In this document: piece by piece, positions 37,901 through 49,838 of the stretch
Numbering within the stretch: position 1 is the stretch's first letter
Layout: each line of letters starts with the position of its first letter
Assembly (NCBI GenBank): GCA_964270895.1
Contig: OZ185435.1
Length of the DNA: 64,000 nucleotides
Origin: Podarcis filfolensis
Taxonomy: Eukaryota
Strand: one strand, 5' to 3'
Notes under the pieces: model-generated
What the model saw: only the letters and a program-made list of their open reading frames with translations
Told to the model about the DNA's origin: nothing
Database searches by the model: none
Program-made: the position numbers and the translations under genes

Positions 37901-40900
37901 AACCTTGACGACGACTCTTCCTGCAACAGAGAGGTCTCGGTCGAACCAGGTGCTCCAGATGCCCCCTCCATATGTCTCCACAGCCACCTGGACTGTGCCC
38001 TCCTGGCTACGTTTTGAGCAGCGTTTCACCTGGATGACACACAAGGCCATTCATACGTATATCCCAACAGCACACACTGAATTAGCCCTTCAAATTGTAA
38101 GGAACTGACCCAACAAGAAATAGGGCCAGAGTTATTGTCATAAAAGTGGGTGGCAGCTCTGGATTTTTTGCAGTTACATTCATCGTATACATATATACCA
38201 AGTTATGCACTCAATTGGTTGGTATTCTGTATGCATTTATTTGGTCCATTGCTTTTTCTTTAGTGTTAAAAGGTGCATTTCAGTAAGTCCAGTTAAAAAA
38301 TCCCAACCAACAGTTGTTGTTGTTTTTTAAAAAGAGGAGTGGAAGAAGGCAAATCCAAAGGGATGTTGTCCAGACTGCTGACAGAAGGAGGAAGCAAGTT
38401 TATCACAATTCTGCAAACACTGGCGATCCAATAACATAGGCAAAAGGAGTGGCCCAAAACAATATTTGCAGGGATGGGGAACCTGTGGCCCTCCAGTTTG
38501 TGTTGGGAGTCCTACCTCTCACCACGACTACTGGCCATACTGGTGGGAGTTGGAATTCAACAGCATCTGGGGGGGGCATAGTCTCCCCACACCATCCATA
38601 TTGGGTATCGGGAAGAGGCCTGTTCACAGAAAGTCAATGCATAGGGGGAGACAACAAATAATGCAGGACTGAGACAACAGAGGGCTGCAGGAGGGAAGGA
38701 ATGCTAAAGAGTACCCAGGGGCATGCTAGGCAGTATTGAGGAAGGGGGGTTGCTGCTTACCCGCAGACATGGACTGTCTGTGTGGGCTCCGATCAAGCTG
38801 AAGCCATTGCCTGGCTGGTACTGTCCCCCAACAGCAAAGGCGATCAATGTCGAGAGGTTTCTGGTCACAAAATACTAGTATGGCAGGAGAAGAGGGGTTA
38901 AAGAAAGAGTGGGAGACATCAGTGTTTTACCCAGTTCCATAGATGGGGTGCCTGGCAGAGGCCTCATCTGGAGCACCCCACTCCTTCTCCCACCACCCCA
39001 ATTCCCAAATAAGAAAGGGAAGGAAGAAGCCGCTCTCTTTCCACACCTTTCGGTCAGGCTGGATATCCCAGTGTTCAGTTTCCTTCAGCTCCTGGAAACC
39101 AGCCTGAAGCAGGCGGCTCCGACATTCGGCCACCACTGCAAGAGAGGAAAACACAAGCAGTCATGAAGGGGGCATGAAGACACTCACCCCCAGCTGGCCA
39201 AGCTGCATGCAGAAGCAGGCTTCAAAGAGCTATTTGCTGCTCTGAACAAGGTGGAAGTTTGTGCGACTGAGCTTCAGCTGATGCAGAATTTGCCTCCCAG
39301 AAACTTAACTGGGGACAAGTGCTGGGATCCTGGGATCCCCTTTATTATACCAGCTGCACTGGCTGCTGGTCCCTCTCCAAGTTCAATTCAAGGTGCTGGC
39401 TATTCTTCAAAGCCCTTTATGGCTTGGAAACATACACCTCCAGGTCTCGCCTCTTCCCAATATGTCTGAGTCCTAAGGTCAGCTGGTAGGTGGTCTTTCA
39501 CTGAGTGCATTTGTCTTGGTTTTGGGGTTCACAAGGTCTTTCTCTGCGGCAGCCTCCCTACTTGGAATTCACTGTCCCACACGTTTTGATGACAGAGCTT
39601 TGAAAGGCTGGGGTATAGGTAGGTAAACAAATAATGAAATTTCCCCCGGCACATGAGACTCTGAATGATACCCCACATCCCTGCCAAAAAACAAAAATCA
39701 GCATGATGCAGCTTAAATTGCACTCACAGGCCTATTTGTACTCTTGAACTCAAGTGTGAGAGTCATATTGTAATGTTATCATCCTGACTTGCTTACCCTA
39801 CCCTAGCAGCAAGCATAGCCTCAGCTACAAAGCCTTTTGTGGCTTCCCAGCCTTTGCAGGTGAACATCCATGTTACCACACCTTCACAGAAATGATAAGG
39901 ATTTGCTGCCGCCCCTGCACACGGAAGGATAGGCAACTGCTCAGAACACCCTTTGGGCTCAGATGTCCACAGAGAGCAAACAAGAAATGTATTAAGGAAA
40001 GCAAGATAAACACTTGAGGAAAGGCGAGGCCAGACTGAGCCGAAGAGGGTACAGAGAAAAAGCACTTATGGTAAATAAATTCTCATCTACACAGGGCTCA
40101 AGCATTTGCCCTTCTAAAGCTCCTTGCCCAGAAATGTTTCTTGTGACATCTCTGTGCAACGATCAGAATTAAGTGTGAAACCCTAAGAAACAATGGTGGG
40201 TAATATTCAGTGCTAGTCCAGATCAGATCAGATCCACTGAAATTAATGGGCATGACTAACTTGGATTCATTTATTTCAATGGGTTTACTCTGAGCAGAAT
40301 TTAGCTGAATACAAGCCTGAGCTTGTACTTCTGCCCACTGAGCATCCAACACAGTGGAGAAGATAAACCACTCTCCTTGTATTTTAAAATGCTCCAGTGA
40401 ACCTCCTTGAATCAAGCAGAACCTGTTTGAGCCTCTACAAGGGAAATGAAACAGATGATTCAACGAATGGTACATTATGCTCACCAAGACTTGCAGATAA
40501 GGAACATGTTGCATGCATTAAAGTTCTGCAGAAAATTATGAAAGTGGAATGAAAAGCATCCCATAATCTTCCAAAAGTTTAATTATTAAAAACATTTAAA
40601 TACCAACTTATCCAGAATTTCAGGTAGTGAACAACCAACTGTATCACAGTACAAATACAGTAAGATGGATGAAAATCCTTAAAAGCTACTCAAGTTACAA
40701 ATTAGAAATGATTGGGCAAATAACATTTTTTTTCCTGCCTGGTGCCAAAAAGAGAGCCTAAGTACCAGGCAAGGCAATTTAGGAAGGTTGCCCCCAGGAG
40801 GACTATAGGCCGATAAAAGCCCTTTATTTTGTTGCTGGATGCCAAACATCTGACACAGTAGTCACCTGGAGAGGTTACATCTACACCATACATTTAAAAC

Positions 40901-42254
40901 ATTCATACCACTGTTGTCATTGTAACCCCCTAGGAATCCTGGGAACTGCAATTTGTTAAGGGTGCTGATCTCACAGAACTACAATTCCCAGCACCCATAA
41001 ACTATAGTTTCCAGGATTCTCTATGAAATGTTAAACTGCTATAAGAGTGCTTAATGGTGCAAGTGTGACCACAGTCTCAGCAGAAGATCTTAAAGGTGGG
41101 TGCCCTCAGGCTTAAGGGCTGAATGCAGCATCCAAGGTCTCTATCTGGCCCTCAGCCCTTTACCCACTCCACAGCCCTAATGGCTCTGCTTTTTCCTGAC
41201 TAGAATGCATACACCTCACATTTATTTATTTCTAATATAATTTTATTTTTTGACAAAGTAATAAGAATAAATAAATAAAATAAAAAATGTGCACCCCACC
41301 CCCAAGACCATTCCATGGTAACTATCCAACCTCCCAAAATTTCAACACCTCTTGCGATGGTTTGACCCCTTTCTGTTTTAACAGTACGAATTCAACAAAC
41401 ACTTTCCATATCTCCTCAAATTCATTTCTCCTGCATACAACCCGTCTTACCTTAATAGCACATATTAATATATCATTAATGGCTATATTCCACACCACTT
41501 TATACCATTTTTCCATTTTATATCCACCTTGCCCCTTTCCACTTCCTAGCCATAGCTGGCAACTTTTCCCTTGTTTAAAGGGAAATTCCTCGCAAGAAAA
41601 GGGAAAAGTTGACAGCTATGTTCCTAGCTCTAATAACTCGTGCAACTGTCAATAAATTTGTGAGCAAGTCCTTCCCAGCCTGTGAACCTTCCACGCCATC
41701 ATAAATTGATAATAATGGTACCGCTGGACTTTCGGCCAGCTTTAACCCAGTGATTTCTGTTATCTCCTTATGTACCCTCCGCCCCGCCGCCCCCCCAAAT
41801 TGTGCATATTTACACCCCTCACACCGCGCATTTAAAGCACACTGCTTACCCCCCCCCTCCACAGAATCCTGGGAAGTGTAGTTTACTCCTTCGGAAGAGC
41901 TACAATTCGCAACACCCAGTTCCTGGGATTCTTCAGGGGGAAGACATGTGCTTTAAATGCATGGCAGACCTCCCGTTGGAGAAGTACTTTCCGGGCGTGA
42001 AGCCCCCGTCCCGGGCTCCGTCTTACCGTGATAAGGGGAGGGGCTCCGGCTGATAAACTTGAGCAGCTCCTGCGCCGCCTGCTTGGAGCTCGCCTGCGGA
42101 AGGAAAGGGAGCGAGTCACGAGGGGGCACCGGAGCAACACGGCTTCGCCTCTGCGCGGACGCCCCAAGGCCACGAGGCCTCCCGAGACACCCTCTGCGCT
42201 CCTGCCGCCCCCGTCCCTCTCAGCAAAGCCCCCTCAAGCTTATACTACCTGCAT
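25988..42254 (-). CDS. DNPEP: Aspartyl aminopeptidase (M18 family), complete, 15 coding exons, 468 aa
   Basis: Minus-strand exons: 42249-42254, 42027-42093, 39047-39135, 38761-38874, 37904-38029, 35066-35196, 33713-33797, 33439-33543, 32911-32988, 31047-31130, 29817-29977, 28640-28679, 27455-27556, 26714-26881, 25988-26038 (1407 nt, all GT-AG, ends TGA). M18 motifs intact: [80 protein letters not shown]. Confidence 0.97.
30522..30791 (+). mobile_element. Sauria (Squam1-type) SINE, 5'-truncated
   Basis: gggtgagctcccg...cctgcccacctagcagttcgaaagc...gtagataaataggga...ctggccacgtgacccggaag matches the recalled lacertid consensus; 14-bp TSD ctaatgctcagaac at 30508-30521 and 30792-30805. Confidence 0.85.
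30832..30994 (-). mobile_element. Squam3-like SINE
   Basis: Reverse complement of gggaagggccatagc...ggtcccaggttcaatccccggcatctccagg...gacaatactgagctagatgg...ggcagcctcctatgtt. Confidence 0.75.
31762..32337 (+). mobile_element. 5'-truncated L1-clade LINE (ORF2 C-terminus, 3' UTR, A tail) in DNPEP intron 9
   Basis: Open frame [14 protein letters not shown]...[11 protein letters not shown]...EDWGKF to 32127; AATAAA and A-rich tail; 17-bp TSD ggaaaaagctgtacctg at 31745-31761 and 32338-32354. Confidence 0.88.
34736..34925 (-). mobile_element. Squam3-like SINE
   Basis: Same head and body motifs as the copies at 9790 and 30832, in reverse orientation. Confidence 0.65.
36962..37113. mobile_element. 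hAT-type MITE (same TIR family as 25165), left TIR eroded
   Basis: Right end tatggcaacccta; 8-bp TSD cccaccaa at 36954-36961 and 37114-37121. A further degraded copy lies at ~54631-54722. Confidence 0.7.
41220..41720 (-). mobile_element. Decayed L1-clade ORF2 3' fragment, interrupted by a MITE
   Basis: [18 protein letters not shown]...[17 protein letters not shown]...FEEIWKVF with a frameshift; T-rich tail near 41220-41260; boundaries approximate. Confidence 0.65.
41551..41620. mobile_element. 70-bp hAT-type MITE
   Basis: TIRs catagctggcaacttttccctt / aagggaaaagttgacagctatg; perfect 8-bp TSD ttcctagc at 41543-41550 and 41621-41628. Confidence 0.85.
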
Positions 42255-42490
42255 GGTTGCCCTGCTCCGGCCCGGCCAAAGAACGATACCCACGCCGCTT
42301 CCCTCTCTAGCAAGAACCGGCCCCGCCCCGCCCCGCCCGGCTGCGCTGGGCCTGCTGGGCCTTGGGAAGGGAAGTGGCGGGCGGAGCCCCCTCTGCAGGC
42401 AGCTCTCGGTAGGGCCCGGGACGCCGCTTCAGAGGTCCGCCGCCGGCGCGGAGAGCTGGCCGTACGTTGCAATCGCGATGCTTGCCATAA
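41980..42490 (-). promoter_or_regulatory. DNPEP CpG island and promoter
   Basis: Dense CpG over exons 1-2; GC boxes (ccccgccccgccccgccc, ~42320-42337; gggcgg, ~42378) upstream of the ATG. Confidence 0.75.
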
Positions 42491-42608
42491 TAAGCCAGCT
42501 TTTCATAGAATCACAGAACTACAGTTGGAAGGGACCCGAGGGTCATCTAGTCCAACCCCCTGCAATTGGCATAAGTGTGTTCCTGCTGTGTGCAACCAAA
42601 GTCCTACC

Positions 42609-42745
42609 AAGTGCTTTTTTCTAGGGGGGCGCATACTCCTAAACATTTTGTGACTCAGTTTGGCCTCATTGAGGGGCAGTATTTCAATATCAGTAGGAAA
42701 ATGAGAGTACCCCTAAACAATTTTAAAAAAACAAAAAAAACACTG
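42609..42745. mobile_element. hAT-type MITE just upstream of the DNPEP promoter
   Basis: (c/a)agtgctttttt...aaaaaaaacactg ends; perfect 8-bp TSD gtcctacc at 42601-42608 and 42746-42753. Confidence 0.82.
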
Positions 42746-44365
42746 GTCCTACCCATGACTTTTAAGGCTCCGTTTTCAGCCCGTCTTTGAGTGTTCCACC
42801 ACTGTAAGGTACGTGTGTCGCCGTCAGCATCGCCAGCGTAGAGAGTCTTGCACCATATCCTATGGCGCAGGAATGGGGAACCTGAAGCCTAGGGTTCATA
42901 TGCAGCCCTCCAGGTCTCTCAGGCTGGACCCTTTTCACCAATGCCCTCAAGTGCTTTTGCCTTCCAGGAATGTGTCTTTGAATCGTGGTTGCCTAGAGGG
43001 AGGATGCAGAGAAAAATTTGGGGAGTGAGGAAACCTCTGGTTTTTGCATTACTGGAATGTACCCTCCTACACAAAGGTAAGAATCACATCTGTTGCCCCA
43101 CATGTGGTCCCCAGAAAGTTGTCGATAAGAGAATATGGCCCTCCAGCTGAAGATTTCCCATCCCTGCTGCAGCCCATAAGCCAGCACAGCTTCAGTGTAG
43201 GATTCTGCCCTAAAGCATAGGACAGGCAATAATCACATTTGCAGGTGAGATCAAACTCTGTGATTCTATATTCTCTGCATAATGAGGCGTTTGTGCCAGG
43301 GCAGGGAATTAGAATGTCTGTTTTCACGAGCAGGCTGCAATCCTATGCCCACTTACTTGGGAGAAAGCTCTTTTGAACAAGATGGGGCTTACTTCTGAGT
43401 AAATATGCATTGGCTTGCTAGGTCAGATTCTCACTTTGCAATTCTTGTGGTTGTAAGCAGACCTGAATCTGGTGTGGGAACTTGCTTCCTGACACACTCA
43501 GTTTTTTGCTGTTTTTCTTTAAGATAGAAATCAATTTTCCAGTTGTCACGGTTGCAGAAATAGTGCAGCACAGTATGTGCGAAAGGCTGGGGAAACAATA
43601 CAGAGATGTTAGACATGGTGTACCTACATAATGGCAAGTGGCCTGCCTGACTTTTGTTCTAAACGCGGCTCTCTGTTTAGTTTTGCCTTATCTTAATATC
43701 TGTTCCCTCTACTTCAGCACGTATTCCTCTGGCCTTTATAAGCTCATATGAACCTCTCTTTCCTTGTTTACTATCTCGGCATTTGTGAAAACATTGTGCA
43801 CCCTGCTGTCAGAATAAAATTCATGTGCTTTACCAATTAAGTCTATTTCTGAGAAAATGATTCAGCGCCACAGGTTGAAGTGAAGATGAATACTGGATTG
43901 AAAATACATGCAAATTACTTCAGAGCCCTTATTTTATTATCACTGTTGCATATAGCAATTGAATCTAGATGTGATGTACAGTATATTGTTTTTACCCCCC
44001 TTGTTTCTCACAACATTCCTATGAGGTAGATCCTTTTCAAAATCCCTATTTTGCAAATAAATAACTTGTTTTGAGCAAGTTGGTGCCTAGAGTAGAACTG
44101 AAATCCAGGTTTCTCCAAGGTTTTCATCTAGCTCATATCTGCCAGCTCTCCAGCTTTAATGAAGTCACAACACATGTAAGACACGCATGGGTTTCCTTCC
44201 CTAAGCAAATGTGCTGGATAGAGGGAGTACCCTTCCCTCAAAGATTTTGACTGATATTGTGGGGCTGAATACTTAGGACATTCTGCAGCTATTCCAGGGG
44301 ACTTTTCCTATGATGCGCTTTAGTTTACAGTCCCTCTGAATTGTGTTCTAATAGATCTCTGAAGA

Positions 44366-44508
44366 CCTGGCATAGCTCAGTCGGCAGAGCATGAGACTCT
44401 TATTCTCAAGGTTGTGGGTTCAAGCCTCACATTGGGCAAAAGATTCCTGCCTTGCAGAGGGTTGGATTTAGATGACCCTCATCGTCCCTTCCAACTCTAT
44501 GATTCTGT
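44366..44508 (+). mobile_element. tRNA-Lys(CTT)-headed SINE (Squam2-like)
   Basis: Head tagctcagtcggcagagcatgagactctta...gtgggttcaagcc resembles tRNA-Lys; tail gggttgga..tagatgacc...cccttccaactctatgattct. Confidence 0.75.
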
Positions 44509-45753
44509 GGTCACAACTACAAGTACCTGATTTAACTCTTTACAGCTATTGCATATTGTTTCCTCTATGACTCTTGGTTCAGAGCCTCGGACTGAGCAAA
44601 AAATTTTCATATCCTGCCTTTCTTTCAAAGAGCTCAAGGCGGTGTGCATGCAGCCTCACAAAAACCCTGTGAGGTAGATTAAGGTGTGTGAGAGAGAAAA
44701 TAAACAGCTGAAGACAGCCCTGTTCAAGGAAGTTTTTAATGGTTGATGTTTTATTGTGGTTTTTAATATTTTGTTGGGAGCTGCCCAGAGTGGCTGGGAC
44801 AAACAAACAAACAAATAAAAAAAAAAGTCTGGGTCCGTGGTGACTCATTGAGCTTTGTGGCTGTGTGTGGATCTGAACCTGGCTCTCCAAGACCTAGGGA
44901 TTCTTAGCCACTGGATTGCCTCTTACAATGGTCAAGTGAACTGCAAGCCATGGCGCTGCAGAGTGCTCTTGAAGAAAAACTCCTGCTGCATACAGGCTCC
45001 TGCTCTTCTGCAGCTTTGCTGCTGGTGTTGGTTGTTCTCCCACTTGGGGGAGCTCCTGCAGCAGGAATCTCTTGCTAATAAACTCCAGGGACACTACCCT
45101 CTTGCCTGCTCTCTAAATCAACCTAATTTTGATTTCAGATATGTTATTTGTCTAACACACACACATACACACAAAACCTATGGAAGGACACATCAATGAC
45201 CAACTCAGGCAGACAGAGCACTGTCAGTGGCCAGAGCAGAGGAAGGGAGCAGATTTACACCAGTGGATCCTGCAAAAACAGAAACAAACAAAAGTCAACA
45301 GCAAAGTAATTAAAAAGAAGAAGAAAAACAGCCAGCAGGGCTCATACTTTTCATAGCATCATAGATTGTAGAGTTGGAAGGGATCGTGCGGGTCATCTAG
45401 TCCAACCCTCTGCAAAGCAGGAATGTCAGCTGTTGTTCTCTTGTGAAACTGATGTTGCATATGGAGTCAAAACTTACTATGCTTGTGTCCAGTGCTTTGG
45501 TCAAAAGTGTGGCAAGCTTCAAAGGGTGGGCTGCACAGATGGAGGCTAACAGCAGTTTCCATATGGCTTGGGTTTTCTACACGGTGCAAGGCAATTCAGC
45601 CATTACTATAGGTACATTGGTTTCTCTTCAAAACCCTTTCTGATATCTTCAGCATCTGTCCAATTCCCTTTTTGCCAGGCCACTTCAACAGTGTCTCTTT
45701 TACATTTCCTTAAAGTATCCTCATAAAACAGGGAAAATCCGGATGTTCATGGA

Positions 45754-45877
45754 CATAGGCGTAGACAGGATTTTTGTTAGGGGGGACAGAAACTCTGTTT
45801 GCTATGTATTTTTATTGATTTTTATTGATTTAGGGGGAGGGCAGCTGCCCCCCTACTCCCCCCTGGCTACCCCCATG
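45754..45877. mobile_element. hAT-type MITE
   Basis: cataggcgtag...ctacccccatg ends; 8-bp TSD ttcatgga / atcatgga (1 mismatch). Confidence 0.7.
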
Positions 45878-46536
45878 ATCATGGATGTTGCTGCCATGGC
45901 CTCCACCCCAGCATAAGATGATAAAAGTTACTACAGTGGCCTTGTGCAAAGCCTTTATCGCTTTTGCAGTAGATCTCAGTTTTAAGAGAAATAAATAAAT
46001 AAATGCACCCCCCTAAAAAAACCACAACCCTCTGTTTTTCCTCATTTTAACGCAAGATAACTGTCGTGACTGCTGAAAGGAACAGAAAAACACAGCCCAA
46101 ATACAGTCTACCAAACTTCACCCACTGGTGTGTGACGGCCAGCGGCAAAATAACAATGAATATTATAAATGAAGAAGCTGGAATGTGACGAAGCTAACTT
46201 GTCAAATGGTCACACAGAAAAATCAGATCTGAATGACCCACCATTTGTGGAAGCCGCCTCTGTTCACTATGACTTGCCCTATCTAAGTGGTTCTTTCTGT
46301 AGCTTACAGGAAAAAATATTTGCTCAGCCAACAGATCAGTGCTTCCCCCGCCCCCAGCCAACAAGATCAATGCTTTAAAAGCTCATGGTAACAGTTTTTT
46401 GCTACCAGCTAATTTTAAATGATATGCATGTACTCTCTGTAAAACAGTGTATAAAATAAGAAAGTACAAAATGTGTTTTTAAGCTGATAAGACAAAGATA
46501 TTATAAAGTAGGATCCTTGCAAATATATACAGAGTA

Positions 46537-46795
46537 CCGTATTTTTTGCTGTATAAGACTCACTTTTTCCCTCCTAAAAAGTAAGGGGAAACGTGTGTGC
46601 GTCTTATGGAGCGAATGCAGGCTGCACAGCTATCCCAGAAGCCAGAAGAGCAAGAGGGATTGCTGCTTTCACAGCACAGCGATCCCTCTTGCTGTTCTGG
46701 CTTCTGAGATTCAGAATATTTTTTTTCTTGTTTTCCTCCTCCAAAAACTAGGTGCGTCTTGTGGTCTGGTGCGTCTTATAGAGCGAAAAATACGG
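46537..46795. mobile_element. Tc1/mariner superfamily (Tc2/Kanga-like) non-autonomous element
   Basis: TIR ccgtattttttgctgtataagac / gtcttatagagcgaaaaatacgg, flanked by TA. Confidence 0.75.
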
Positions 46796-47477
46796 TAGTT
46801 TTGTACCTTTGCCCAGTATCCTAATGCAGCCATATTAATCCTTTGCAGCCATACAAACTCTTTGTTTGTATAGACAAAAAAGCCTTTTTCCTATATGAGG
46901 CTACATTTCGGGAAATTAGTAAATTTTGCCCTATTTCATATTCTCAGATTATGTGATGCCCATCTAATGTATCATTTGTATGGATATGTTGTATTTTTTA
47001 TTTTTTTTAAGATTGCAGATATGACAGGAAAAGAAATATGTAACATCAGCTGACATTAGTGATAAGATTAACAAAAATTATATCTTAAAGGTATAGCTTA
47101 GTATAGGAACTCCATGTGTCCAAACAGGTATCTAAATGAGAAAGCAATGCATTTGAATGCATAAAAACTAGTGAGATCTTCAGACCACTTAGTAGGAGAT
47201 GGTGGGTGTTTATCTTTCAATTCTTGTAGTAGAAGCATCTTTGGAACCATAACGGCTTGCTGGATTCACTTTTGTTGTTCATCAATCCCCACACCACAAA
47301 AATATAACTAGAGAGTGTGTGGATATCTGCAAACACCAAGGATTTTGCAAAAGCAAAGTTAATTTCTGACCAGAAAGAAGACACCATAGGGCATGGCCGC
47401 ATCATATGCCTCAAAGTGGTGTTTTCAGCATTACATTTTATAATTATTTTGAACTACAATCTGTTCCCAAAATTATA

Positions 47478-47718
47478 CAGTGGTACCTCTGATTGCGAAT
47501 GGGATCCATTCCGGAGGCCCGTTCGCAACATGAGCAGAACGCAACCCACGTCTGTGCATGCACGGGTCGCAATTCACTGCTTCTTCACATGCATGTGATG
47601 TCATTTTGTACGTCTGCACATGCGCGAGCGGCAAAACCCTTTCCGGTACTTCCGGGTCGCTGCAGGACGCAACCTGAAAATGTTCAACCTGAAGCAAACG
47701 TATCATGAGGTTTGACTG
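47478..47718. mobile_element. Tc1/mariner-type MITE (family A)
   Basis: Starts CAGTGGTACCTC, ends gaggtttgactg, flanked by TA on both sides; related to 58508-58767. Confidence 0.8.
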
Positions 47719-49612
47719 TATTGAGATGAACTATTCTTCTTTTATACAATTCTGTGGCTTCGTTGAATTCTTTTGCACTTGGTTACTGTTGTAGAATACG
47801 TGGATTATGGCCTGATATAGGTATACCCTAAAAGCAAAAGCTAGGAATATTTTCAACAAGAAAACTGCCTATTTGGGAGAAAATATGATATAAATTCAGC
47901 CATAGGAGTAAACAATCAACTATTGTGCTTCTATTTTAAGCACTTGAATTTTCATCAACCTGAGCGGAAGGTGGCATTGAGTTTCCACTTGGAAATTAGT
48001 GTCACTGCTAAAAAGAAACATTTATCATAATTGTCCTTGATAACTTTGTTATTAGGTGGCCTAAAAATGCAGCAAAATGAATAGTTATTTCATCACTTTT
48101 CTGATCCCACTTAAGGCTGTGTATACATAACACAGCTAGGTTGTTCTTTTTCTCAATTCAGATTGAACCAGTTTGGGGAAAATGCATCAAAATGTAGACA
48201 GGGTAGATATGACTTATGACTAATGGTGTGTGTATGTCCCACATTACTTCCCAATCCAGTGGTGGGAGCACATTAGGTGCAGGGTAAATAGGCCTAAGAA
48301 TCATGTGTTGGGTACATTAGACTACAAGGGGATTAGTCACTTTACTAAGGCTACATCCTTTTGTGGTGGTATGGCCTATCCAATATGGTAGAACTGCACT
48401 ATGAGGACACCCAATTCAATTATATGTGTGACTAGCTCAGAAAGGCTAAAACGCAATTGCCCACTTTGATCCTCTGTCGACAGTGAAAACTGCAATTTGG
48501 GATGGGTGCCAATGACAAAATGCTAGAGAATATGGAGAACCTTTGTCCATTGGCATTAACTGGGAGCAGCTTACATGGAGCCAGCAATGCTTTTCTGTAC
48601 CCAGTAGTAAAGGAAGGTTTCATGTGACATTATTCAAGGGCTTATCATCTGGCTTTACCTCCCAGTTCCCTGGCTAGGTTGAAAGAGGCAGGCTGCAGCA
48701 GGAAAAGACCAGCAGGACCCTGGACCTAGGAGCAATGCAAGGGGCAGATGAACTAGTTTCAGTTCATCTGCCCCTCTCCATCTCCAAGCGCCAGTGACAT
48801 GTTGTGTGCCACACAGAGGGGAGCGATGCTCAAAAGTGCTTGAACACCCCATCAAGAATTCAGACTATCAGACCCACCCTGAAATCCAAGCCCTTTCAAG
48901 CGGAGAACTGTGAATTCTCACATCAAATGCTGGAGACAGTACCCCCACCAGTACCTCTCAATCTCTGGGACACCCCCTGCTGCCACTCAAAACATCAGTT
49001 CAGCTGCCAGATCTCCATGACAACCATAGACAGTCAGGGCAAACATCAAACACCGACAGGAATAGGTCAAGTTACCGTCATTACCCAAGCAACAACTGAT
49101 ATCTCCTCCCTTTCTAAGAAGTAGGGGTGACAGTGGCAGAAGCCAGAGCTCTTGATAGTAACGTGGTAAGCACTGAAGGGTAGAAAGGCACACCTTATTT
49201 CTTCCTCCCCTCCTCTTTGAGCATTTTTGCAGGTGAAGCTAAGAACTGTTTTTAAGTCTTATACTACTTGTAATGAAGACTCATTTTAAATCTGAGGGCC
49301 CAGTTGTAAGGTGAATTTACACACAAAGTATAAATGTTCTCAACCACATGCCAAGCACACAGTGAAGAGTTCTGCTCAACTGTGAATGAATGGTACCTTG
49401 AAGAGATGTTTTAGGTTCAATACAGGAAGTGATGCACCTGGGGTTAAGAACTTAAGAAGAGCCCTGCTTGGCCAGACCAGTGACCTACCTCACTGAGAAT
49501 TTTGTTCCTATGGTGGCCAACCAGATGCCTAGAAGAAGCTCACAAGCAGAACATGTGGAGTCCACCAACTAGTATTCAGAGGCATAGTGACTCCAATATT
49601 GTATGTAATATA

Positions 49613-49838
49613 CAGGGGTACCTCAGGTTAAGAACTTAATTAGTTCTGGAGGTCCGTTCTTAACCTGAAACTGTTCTTAACCTGAGGTACCACTTTAGCT
49701 AATGGGGCCTCCCACTGCTGCCGCGCCACCATTGTGCGATTTCTGTTCTCATCCTGAAGCAAAGTTCTTAACCCGAGGTACTATTTCCGGGTTAGCAGAG
49801 TCTGTAACCTGAAGCGTCTGTAACTCGAGGTACCACTG
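49613..49838. mobile_element. Tc1/mariner-type MITE (family B), inserted in a CR1-like remnant
   Basis: cagggGTACCTC...GAGGTACCACTG TIRs with TA flanks; internal ttaacctga repeats. Confidence 0.8.

Noticed and set aside
44366-44440. tRNA-Lys(CTT)-like sequence
   Set aside because: Stems are mutated and it runs directly into a SINE tail, with a second copy at 63803-63946; it is a SINE head, not a tRNA gene.
47217-47414. Protein-like minus-strand ORF (FAKSLVFADIH...) and a similar one at 43431-43637
   Set aside because: No recognisable homology, weak splice context and no phase-compatible partner exons found.
48963-48963. A single uppercase C in otherwise lowercase sequence (atCtctggga)
   Set aside because: No biological meaning can be inferred from letter case; treated as a formatting or consensus-editing artefact. 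Worth checking against raw reads.
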